Of a DNA stretch of 64,000 bases, positions 36,186 to 47,365 are shown piece after piece. The stretch lies in assembly GCA_043228905.1 (NCBI GenBank), contig JBHGNT010000002.1, positions 23,808,001 to 23,872,000 on the forward strand. The letters run 5' to 3'. Position 1 is the stretch's first letter. Every line of letters starts with the position of its first letter. The notes below the pieces were generated by a model. The model saw only the letters and a list, made by a program, of their open reading frames with translations. It was not told where the DNA came from and did no database searches. Source of the DNA: Azolla caroliniana. Lineage: Eukaryota > Plantae > Polypodiophyta. Both the position numbers and the translations under genes were made by a program.

Positions 36186-38697
36186 ACATATCGTGTTATG
36201 TGTGTATGTGTGTATGTGTGTATGTATGTATGCATTATATGTGTATATAGGTATTGTATGGATTGTATGCATGTGTGTATTATGTACATATTGTATGTAT
36301 GTATGTGTGCATTATATGTGTATATAGGTATTGTATGGATTGTATGCATGTGTGTATAGGTATGTGTGTATTATGTACATATTGTGTGTATGTATGTGTG
36401 CATTATATGTGTATATAGGTATTGTATGGATTGTATGCATGTGTGTATAGGTATGTGTGTATTATGTACATATTGTGTGTATGTATGTGTGCACATATTG
36501 TATTGTATGTATGTGTTATATGTGTAAATGTGTATGTATGTAAGTGTATATATGTTCCATACAACATATATGTGTGTACATGTGTGTATGTATATTCTAC
36601 ACGTGTGTGTGTGTGTTTATGTATGTATTGTTTGTATTCCATGTGTATGTATGTATGTGTGTACATATTGTATTGTATGTATGTGTTATATGTGTAAATG
36701 TGTATGTATGTGTATATAGGTATGTGTGTATATATGTACATATTGTATTGTAATGTATTAATTTCGTTTATTGTATGTATGGCCCGTGTGTGTGTGTGTG
36801 TGTGTTTATGTATGTATGTATGTATGTACATGTGTGTGTGTGGCTAAGAATTTATGTGTTGGTTTCTGTTTGTACTTATGTGTACCTGTAAAATATTTGT
36901 AGAGTAGTTGTGGCAGCCCCAACAGAGAATAATGGTGAGCAAAAGCGGCACGACAAGGCGAGCAGTGGCGGCGGCGGCGGCGGCAAAACGAGAACAGAGG
37001 CGGCGGCAAAACGAGGACAAAAAGAAGGGGAGAAGAAGCAATTGCAAAAATGAGCAAAGAAGAGGAGGGAGCAAAGGAGGAGGCAGCAAATATCTAAATA
37101 AAAAAACACTAATGTTTGAATGTATGTTATGTATGTATGTGCACATAATGTATGTATGCATGCATGAATGAATATATATATATATGTAATGTATGAATAA
37201 AATATGTATGCTTCAATGAATAAACATGAATGAATGAATATATGAATGTACGTATGTAATATGTAATGTATGTATATTTGTATGTGTGTGTGTGTGTGGA
37301 TATTTGTTTGTAATATGTATGTATGTTTATGTACATGTAGCAATATATAAAAGATTGTATGTATGTGTATGCATATATGCATATGCAAATGTACATGATT
37401 CAATGTGTATGGATGTGTGATTGTAATATGTGCATAATATCTATGTATATATATGTGTATGTATATGTAGCAATGTATGTATATATGTGTATGTATGTGT
37501 AGCAATGTATAAATGAATATATGTATATCCATGTACGAATGTACATATGTGTATGCATATATCCATATGTAATGTGTGTGTATGTATAGAAGACTATATG
37601 TAGGTGTATATATATATACGTATGTATGTACGTATGTGTATGTACATGTAACAATGTATAAAAGACTATATGTATGTCCATGTATGAATGTATATATGTG
37701 TATGCATATATGCATATGCAAATTTTCATGAGTCAATGTGTATTGAAGTGTGATTGTAATATATGCATAATATCTATGTAGATATCTGATGTATATATGT
37801 GTATGTATGTGTAGCAATGTATAAATGAAGATATATATGTCCATATACGAATGTACATATGTGTATGCATATATCCATATCTAATGTATGTATGTATGTA
37901 TGTATGTATACATACACGTATGTATGTATGTGTATGCATATATCCATATGACAATGCACATGATTCAATGTGTATGGATGTGTGATTGTAATATTTATGT
38001 ATATGTAGACAGTAGCAATATATAAATGAATATAGGTATGTCCATGTATGAATGTAAATATGTGTATGCATATATATACGACATGTACATGATTCAATGT
38101 ATATGAATGTGATTGTAATATATGCATATGCAATGCATGTATGTTTGTATGTGTAATAGTGTACTATGCATACATGAGTGTGTTCATAATATTTATGTAT
38201 GTGTAAGTATACATGTATGTATTGTAGTATGTGATGAAATGTATGTATGTATGTGTATGTAACATATTTATGTGTATGCATGTATGTAATGTATGTATAT
38301 ATGTGTATGGATGTATGTTTGTAAAACTTTTAACATTGTAGGCATATGTACATATATATATGGTGATATGTGGAATATGTATGTACATATGTAATGTATG
38401 TATGTGTATGCATATATGTATATGTCAATATACATGATTTAATGAGTATGAATATGTTTGTAATATGTGCATATATATCTAATGTATGTATGTATGTGTG
38501 TGTGTGTATGTGGTCATATATATGTAAATGTATGAATGTATGTACGTGTATATATGTAATGTATTTATGTATGTATATTTTTGGGATATTTTCATGTTTA
38601 GTACATATGTATTTGGCTCGTATATGGATGTATGTTTGTAATATGTACGTAATATGCATGTATATATCCAATGTATGTGTAAGTATACATATATCTA

Positions 38698-38738
<41 letters not shown>

Positions 38739-38973
38739 TGTGTGTATGTAAGTATTGTGGTTTGTATGGTCTAGTATGATCTATACATATGGTGATATGT
38801 AGAATATGTATGTACATATGTAATATATCTATGTATGTATATATGTAATTTATGCATGTGTAAATTTGTATATTGTGTAATAGGTATGGATTATGTGCTA
38901 TGTAATATCTAATTTATTTATGTGTAAGTATACATATACATATCTAATGTGTGTGTAAGTATACATATATCTA

Positions 38974-39008
<35 letters not shown>

Positions 39009-40180
39009 TGTGTGTATGTAAGTATTGTGGTTTGTATGGTCTAGTATGATCTATACATATGGTGATATGTAGAATATGTATGTACATATGTAATATATCT
39101 ATATATGTATATATGTAATTAATGTATGTGTAAATTTGAATATTGTGTAATATATGCTATGTAATATCTAATTTATTTATGTGTGTGCACGTGTATATAT
39201 ATTTAACTTGTTTGTAAGTATGAAGATTTGTATATATATAGTATTTAATCTTAGCCTTTAGGTGTTAATATGTATGTGTATGTGTATACATATATATAAT
39301 ATGTAATTTATTTTTGTGTGTTTTGTATGTATATATGCATTTGTGTATGTATATATGTATGTAATATGTAATTTTATTGTATGTATTATGTACATATTTA
39401 CATATGGTAATATATATTTGTACATATATTTATGTTTAGTTAATATGTATGTATAAATGAGTGTAATGTATGTATATACATATTCATGGATGTAGGTATA
39501 TATGCATGTGTGATGTGTGTTATGTTTGTGTGTGTATGTTTGTACATATTGTATTGTATTGTATGTATGGAATGTGTGTATGTGTATGTATGTGTATATA
39601 TATTATATAATATGAATTTTATTTTTTTTGTGTTTGGTTTGTATATTTGCATTTGTATATAATTGTGTGTATAATAATAAATGTGTGTAATATGTAATAT
39701 ATAAAATATGTTTGTAAGGAAGTGTATGTATAAATGTAATATGTAATTTTTATGTATGTATTATCTATATATGTATGTCAATATATATGGCCAATTCTAA
39801 TATGTATGTAGTATGTAATGCATGCATGTATGTGTATGTACATATTTACATATGGTAATATATATTTGTACATATGTAATATATAAAATATGTTTGTAAG
39901 GAAGTGTATGTATAAATGTAATATGTAATTTTTATGTATGTATTATCTATATATGTATGTCAATATATATGGCCAATTCTAATATGTATGTAGTATGTAA
40001 TGCATGTATGTATGTGTATGTACATATTTACATATGGTAATATACATTTATGTTTAGTCAGCATGCATGTATAAATGAGTGTAATGTATGTATGTATATA
40101 CATATTCATGGATGTAATGTTTGAATGTAAGTATATATGGATGCATGCATGTATATGTATGTATGTATGTATGTATGCCA
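35560..40180. repeat. ~4.6-kb compound microsatellite/low-complexity tract (TG, TA, TATG units) with internal higher-order duplications, inside the DNA transposon
   Basis: Alternating purine-pyrimidine sequence with duplicated blocks, e.g. ~38690-38880 vs ~38960-39150 and ~39690-39870 vs ~39870-40050. Confidence 0.95.
36886..37093 (-). other. Putative non-coding 5' UTR exon of the transposase gene
   Basis: GC-richer island flanked on the minus strand by TTTTTTATTTAG| and CAG|GTACAC; a matching acceptor TGTGTAG| lies 3 nt before the ATG at 35520. Confidence 0.5.
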
Positions 40181-40672
40181 CTTCAAATTTGAGTATTGTT
40201 TCAATAATATATTCTTCACTATCTCATTGAAATATCTAATATTTCATGGGCTTATGTAATTTTTTTTTCAACATAATTGATAATACCCTTATGTAAAAAT
40301 ATTTTCAAATCTTTATTAATACCCTTATGTATATATATTTTGTATCTCACTCATTAATTAAAACCCCTTTTGATGAACTCACGTGCTATCATACAAGTTT
40401 TGATAGTGAAGTCCCCGGGCTCATTTTGAGGTCTATCCCACGCCAGATAGTAGGAAGATTGCATATGTCGGCCGAGAACTAGGGGGTAAGGCCGCCACCT
40501 GGTGGCATGGGCTCCGTACTTTGGGGAAATTGCCCGATACCTGGACAGATTTTGTCACAGTTTTCAAGGGCCAATTTCTGCAACCTCCCTCTCGAACCGA
40601 GGCAGCACAAGCTTTAATGAACCTCTCTAACAGGAAATTTTCTTCGCAAGAAGACTATGTCCACCATGCTAG

Positions 40673-41091
40673 TGTTACCGGCCGGCAATGAGTCCAAAAT
40701 ACGGAGTGAAGGAATTAATTAAGTGTGGTTGTAAATAGGAATAGTGTGGACGGACGGACTGGAAACGGTATGCCGTTCCAGATCCGGACGGATCCCGAAT
40801 AGGTGCGATGGGCACCGTTTTGTACTACGGGCCGGAAACCTATTTAAAGGCCCGGACCCCATTGTAATCACAACGGATAATTAATAGAGCATATGGTGTT
40901 TTTACTTCTGTGTTGATTTCCGTTCTGTACTTACTGTTATATCTTACGCGTGTAATTAACCAAAGCACTCTAATCGTGTAACCTACGTAAGTCGGTGTAA
41001 TCGTTGAATCTTAATCCTATGCCGTAATCACCCTTTGGTGAAGTGTCTCCGTGACACCTTGTGTTAGGCCTTGTCCGGCCAGCGAATAACA
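40673..41091 (+). repeat. 5' LTR of Athila-like element
   Basis: TGTTA...TAACA with TATA-like CTATTTAAAG; repeat of 50118-50536. Confidence 0.95.
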
Positions 41092-41144
41092 CAGTTTTGG
41101 CGACCACGATTCCTGCTTTCTCGCAGCGAACGACGGCTTAATGG

Positions 41145-44100
41145 ATGACGAGACCAACGCACGACCTGGTTACAGACCGAGCTCGATGCCTCGCCGAACG
41201 GCAAAGACGGCGTGAGACTTTCCAGCAAGCAGCGCACGAAATTCGCTCGGATCGTTCGTTCTCCAACGAGATCCGGAGAGTCGCGGAGGAATCTCTTCGG
41301 TTACGGCAAACTCGCGACCAGGACGACGGAAGCAGTCTAAGTAGTCTCCGGGAAACCGAACGCCTCCTGGCGGCGCTGGCAAGCGGAGAAAACGAGGCAG
41401 AAGCCTTTTTAGCCTACGAATCGGATTCCGAAGGGGGATACAGCGTGCACACGAACTACCGGAGCAGCAACGATACCCCCGGCGGCCCGTAGGACGACGG
41501 GTCGGATACCGTGCCGACTCCAGAACCGGAACCACAAACGGAAGCCGTCAACCCATCAACACCGGAAGTGGAAGAAGCAAAGCCACCGACACCAACGAAA
41601 GAGCCGGCAAAGGTACTGGAAGACGAGCCGGTGAAAGAACCGGAAAAAGAACCGGAAGAGGAACCGGAAAAAGCACCGGCAAAAGAACCGGAAGTGGAAC
41701 CGGAGAGAAAACCGGAAAGATATCAACAAATGCCACTAAACCGCGGCCTAATACTGGACGACGACATGCCGTTCCAATACTCAAAGTATCACGATGACCC
41801 GGACGCGGAAGTGCATGTTCATGCCTTCGAGCAGACATGGGAAGCAAATCACACGTCCTAGCGAATGACACCAGAGGAAGAAGAACGCTCGAAGATAGCG
41901 GAATTCGGGGTCACGTTGGAAGGACCGGCGACACGATGGCGGCGGACGCAGGACCCGACGACCATCACAACCTTTGCAGAATTAAAAGCAAAATTCTTGC
42001 ATTTTTTCCACAAGGAGGTCGACCAGACGACAATGGTGGGCCTGTTTTATACGATCCGACAGGAGGCAGGGGAAAGCATTCCCCAATTCGTCATCCATTT
42101 CCAACGAATGCATAGCCAGCTTGCCCGTGCACCCCCGGAGGAGGAATTACGGACGATATTTTTAAACGCACTCCGGGAACCGTTACGCACGGTGTGTACG
42201 GTAATCGACTTTCGAGGAAGCACCATTGACCAGGTCATTGACCGGGTCAGAGAAATGGAAAAGTCAAGCTCATGGCTTGGGAACACTGCAACGGGCGTTA
42301 CCCACCGAGGAAGATCTCCGGTTCCGGCAGGCAATTCAATGCACAATTTGCTTGAATGCCGGACACTCGGCAGTGGAGTGCACCATGCGAACCCAGTGTG
42401 TGATTTGTCAATCCAAGAGTCATACAACGGACCGGTGCGAGTATAACCTGCTAAACCGACAAGCACCACCCGTCCGACGGATCGAGCCAAGAAGCAGCCG
42501 AGACGAAGATGACGATCGTTGGCAAAGAATGAACCGGTACCAACCGGCACAGGATGTCCGACACGGAGATAGACAAGAGAATGATGGCCGGTACGGGAAT
42601 CGGCGTGATAACTACGACCGGTATGAGCGATCGGACCGTTATCGGGAGTCCAACAGACGACACGAGCAATACGATAGAGACCATTCCCCTGGTTACCGAA
42701 GGCACCAGGAGGACTACGGCCGATTTTACGATCCACCACGACCGGACTACCGAAATAAAAATAAGAATAATAAGAAACGTAATTTCAAGAAAGGTGGTCA
42801 CCCTAGGGACCCGGAACATGGAACCCCAAGGAGCCAACCGGCACAGAACGCACCACTCACTACGGGACCAACTCCGGCTACCAGCAATGCTGAATCCAGC
42901 AATACCCGTAAAGAGTACTGCTACTACTGCAGGCAGGAAGGCCACTACAGTAACCAGTGCCCGGTAAAGAGCTACGAGAAACGACCAGCAGTTAATATGG
43001 TGGTTCCGGAAGTGGCGGATATACAGCAAGTAACCACACGGTCGAAAGGCATGGCCAAAGAGTGGGAAACACAAGAGGCCATACGAAAACAGGCGACGGA
43101 ATGGGTGAAGGAAGCCAATGAAAGGAACGTCGCGGACGCGGAACGGCAAAAGGCGAATACCATAGGGAGTGCCGGCGGTAGCCACCCAGAAAACGAGACA
43201 TGGCAAGCATTGCAAGAATGTCAGATCACGTTGCCGTTAGGAAGACTCTTGCAGCTCGTGCCGCGATTTACGGAAGGACTAAAAACGGGCATGACAGACG
43301 GTATAGCCCCACCGGCACCAGTCCTCTTCTCGAATCCGGAGGAGGGACCGACGGTGGTGGACACTAGTAGTCCGGCGATTACAGCTATTGTCAAAGGGCA
43401 CGAACTTCCCGGCACAGTAATCGATGGAGGTTCCGGGGTGAACGTAATAAGCCTCCGCACGTGCGATGCCTTGGGTATACATGAATGGGAGCCATGTCCG
43501 TTCTGGCTACGGATGGCGGATACGAGCTCTGTACGGCCGACGGGCTTAATACGGAAATTGGAAGTCACCATAGGAGGTCACACATTTCACATCTCGGCTG
43601 TAGTGCTGCAGCTACAGGCGCAAGGCGCGTACCCACTGTTGCTGGGCAGACCATGGTTGAAAACAGCACACATCAAGCAAAATTGGCGGAAAAATATGAT
43701 TACCTTCCGGCGCGGAAAAGCCAAGGTCCGGGTACCGACACAACCACGGACAAGCAACGGTAAGGAATGCACACCGCTGTATGCGGAATGCGTGAACATG
43801 CTTGAAGGGTTGGCAGACGACGAAGAAGCCCAGTACTTGGAGGAACACCCGAAGATCGTACCACTCTTCGAGATTGACGTAGCTGAAGCCGTAGCGCCAT
43901 ACTTGCCGCCGCGGGATGACACCGAAGCCGAACCAGACAAAGATTCAATTCGGGAATTACGGCAAGCACAGGAAGCATTGGAACGGGAAATGGCCGTTTC
44001 CCAACGGGTAAAAACATCCCAGCTCGACGAAGTGAACCTCGGAAGCAAGGACGAATCAAAGCCAGTACACATCGCCAAAGAAATGAAGCCGGAAGATAAA

Positions 44101-46986
44101 GCAGCGATGATCAAACTTCTCATGGAGTTTCGCGACGTATTCGCCTGGTCATACGAGGACATGCGAGGGCTGGACCCTCAATTATATCAGCATCAGATCC
44201 ACTTAGGCAAGGACGCGAAACCAGTGGCGCAACGACGTTACCGAATGAACCCCAACTACGCCGCCAAAGTGAAGGAGGAAATCGACAAACTCCTAAGAGT
44301 GGGCTTCATCCGGCCGGTAAAGAAAGCGACGTGGCTGAGCCCCATCGTCGTTGTCCCAAAGAAGAACGGTAAAATCCGCGTGTGTGTAGATTACAGGAAA
44401 TTAAATGCAGCCACAATTACGGATGCATTCCCTCTTCCGTTCACGGATGGAGTACTGGATGCCGTCGCCGGCCATCAAGTTTATAGTTTTTTAGACGGGT
44501 TCAGCGGATACAATCAAATCCGGATGCACCCCGACGACCAGGAGAAGACAGCGTTCGTCACCGAATGGGGGGTGTTTGTGGCCGAAGTAATGATGTTCGG
44601 CCTAAAAACGGCACCAACAACTTTCCAGTGAATCATCATGGAGATCTTCGGCGAATACATTCCTGCCTTCATGCAGGTTTTCCTGGATGATTTTGCAGTC
44701 TATAGCCAGGGAAAAGACCATTTGCAGCACCTACGGTTATGCCTTGAAAAGTGTAGGTTATACCGGCTAAGCTTAAACCCAGCAAAATGCATCTTTGGGG
44801 TTTCAAGTGGAATCTTCCTGGGACACATTGTAAGTAAGGAGGGCATTGCGGTCGACCCGGACAAAGTAAACGCGATACTAGGGGCACCGGCGCCGAAAAC
44901 GGCCAAAGCACTAAGCCGATTCTTAGGACAGATCCGGTGGCACAGCTGGATGCTCCGTCACTTGGCTGACTTGGCTACACCATTACACACCGCGGTACAT
45001 CGGACACCGTTCCAATGGACGGATACGGAGGATAAGGCATACAATGCCCTGAAGGTACTTTTGTCGCAAGCACCCGTCGTGCAGCCACCGGATTGGAGCA
45101 AGGAATTTCATGTGTTCGTGGACGCTTCCGACATCGCTATCGGCAACGCCTTAATGCAACTTACGGAGCCCAAATGGTACCAGCCGGTATACTACGCCAG
45201 CCGGAAGCTGTCCCAAGCGGAGAAGAACTATTCGACGACGGAACGGGAGGCCCTGGGCATGATCTACAGTGTCACAAAGTTTCGTCATTACCTATTGGGA
45301 AGGAAGTTCTCCTTTCATGTGGATCACTCGGCGCTCCTGTACTTAGTGTCCAAGGCGTCCCTGACCGGTAAGTTGGCCCGTTGGACCTTGCTGTTGCAGG
45401 AGTTCGAATTCGAGATTTTCCACCGGCCCGGTATCCAGCATGCCGTAGCAGACTATCTGAGCCGGTTAGAGTCCGGAGAATCAGGCGACGGGGTAGCGGA
45501 TGAATTCCCGGACGCAGAGTTATTCCGTATCACCCCGGAAACGGCAGCGGACGACACGGTGGCATCAGAAGATAGGTGGCTGACAAACATGCACCAGTTC
45601 CTAAGCACGGGCCTGCCACCGGAGGAAATGAACCGGGACGAGAGGAAACGACTGGCGGTGCAGAACCGCAATTTCTGTCTGTTATGGGACACTCTCTACC
45701 ACAAAGGAGCAGATGGAATATGGAGACGGGCAGTCCGTAGTGACGAGAAACAAGTAATCTTACGGGAAGCACACTGTGGGGTTGCCGGAGGACACTATGC
45801 CGGGGAAGCGACGGCAAGGAAAGTATGGCAGAGCGGCTTATGGTGGCCCACGACGTTAAAAGACGCCGTCAAGTATGCTAAGGAATGTGACCTATGCCAA
45901 CGAATGGGCCAGCCTACGGAGCAAGCACGGATGCCACACCAACCGGTACTTCCACTCGAGCCATTCCAGAAGTGGGGGTTGGATTTTGTCGGACCGTTCA
46001 AGCCACCGGCAATGAGAACGGGTAATCGTTATGTCATCGTGGCAACGGATTATTGCACTAAATGGGTGGAGGCTAAGGCCTTGAGAGACAATATCGCGTC
46101 ATCCACAGCAAAATTCCTGTACGAGAACATTTGGTGCCGATATGGATGTCCGATTGAATTAATCAGCGACCAAGGAGGGCACTTCCTCGGCCAGGTAGTG
46201 GAAAGCTTAACAACGTTCTATGCCGTGGTCCATAAACGGAGCACACCGTACTACCCACAAGCGAACGGGTTAGCAGAGTCCACCAACAAAACGCTGCAGA
46301 ACATTCTCCGCAAAATCGTCAATGAAAACCGGACGGACTGGGATACAAAGCTCCATAGCGCGCTATGGGCGTACCGAACGGCATACAAAACAAGTATCCG
46401 GACAACGCCGTTCCGGTTAGCGTTCGGCTTAGAGGCGGTCATGCCGGTGGAATTTCAGGTACCAAGCTTACGGATCCAACTATGGGAACGGCTGAATGAA
46501 AAGGAGTCGGAGGAAATGCGGCTAGTAGCACTATGCGAACTGGAGGAGCAACGGCTGGCTAGCATCCTACACATGGAACTGGAGCAACGACGACGGAAAG
46601 CGTTCGTTGACCGTCACCGGAAAGGTAATGAAAAGATGTTCGAAATCGGAAAGCCGGTGCTAGTATTCCAAACGAGGATGGGCAAGATGCCGGGTAAACT
46701 CTGGTTCAGATGGACAGGTCCGTATTGGCTGACACGGGAATACAACGGGTCCTATCAGTTAGGGACACTTGCCGGTGAAGTACTAGGCAAGTGGGTCAAC
46801 GGATTTAGATTAAAGCCCTATAAAGGACCGATGCCAAAGAACCCGTTTATGCAGACCACCGGCACTATACCGAGAACGGTACGGATGGAAGAAAAAGACG
46901 ACGGGGAACCCGTAGCAGAGGCGAAGGAAGACACGGCAACCCGTAAGGAAAACGGTAAGGGTCCGAAGGGACCTACGGATGTGTAA
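41145..46986 (+). pseudogene. gag-pol of Athila-like element; stops at 41490, 41859 and 44629, frameshift near 42270-42285
   Basis: Three CX2CX4HX4C knuckles; IDGGSG protease; RVCVDYRKLN, LDGFSGYNQI and VFLDDF (RT); VDAS and NYSTTEREAL (RH); H..GH..CDLC, WGLDF, ISDQG and NGLAE (INT). Confidence 0.93.
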
Positions 46987-47000
46987 GGTCACATACCGTC

Positions 47001-47003
<3 letters not shown>

Positions 47004-47034
<31 letters not shown>
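47004..47034 (+). repeat. Poly(A) tract (~31 nt) between pol and the extra ORF
   Basis: Seen directly, 17 nt after the pol stop. Confidence 0.95.
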
Positions 47035-47036
<2 letters not shown>

Positions 47037-47365
47037 AATCATTAAAAATCGAGGTGTGAACGGACGTGAAAGCAAGGAGCGAAAAGGTACGTAGTGGGCA
47101 TTTAAGAGCCGCCACGTTACTTAATACTAAATCGGTACACGACGTGCGCATGCTCGAAAAAGGCGCCAAGACGCACAGAGAAAAAGAAGAGCACATGGAG
47201 ACCTTCTTTTTTCGCGAGCCAAGAAGCACAGAAGCACCAAGGCAGTGGAAGCTTAGCAAACGCGAACCTGCACTCAGAGAACCCCCGCGTTCAAAACGCT
47301 CTCTCTCTCGCTCTCACTCTCATCACCACTCTACCTCGCCATCTTTCCTCGACCTCGAAGCAGAC

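Larger units (their letters stand above)
30239..40419 (-). mobile_element. 10.2-kb TIR DNA transposon with a P-element-like transposase and 8-bp TSD CTCATTTT
   Basis: Left end CCCGGGGACTCCACTAT; right end reverse complement CCCGGGGACTTCACTAT (16/17). CTCATTTT at 30231-30238 and 40420-40427. It cleanly interrupts the gag frame. Confidence 0.93.

Noticed and set aside
35330-40181. Numerous Cys/Val/Tyr/Met- or His/Thr/Ile-rich ORFs
   Set aside because: These are translation artefacts of TG/TA/TATG microsatellites.
30239-40419. hAT or Zisupton/KDZ assignment for the DNA transposon (both also give 8-bp TSDs)
   Set aside because: It lacks the hAT CxxH, TRWNS and dimerisation motifs, the CAG/TAG-type ends and the KDZ CxH/YD motifs; the motif order fits P-like better by eye.
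44629-44631. Programmed stop-codon readthrough in pol
   Set aside because: The TGA replaces the conserved Arg of the RT motif FQR (CGA>TGA), so it is an ordinary CpG mutation.
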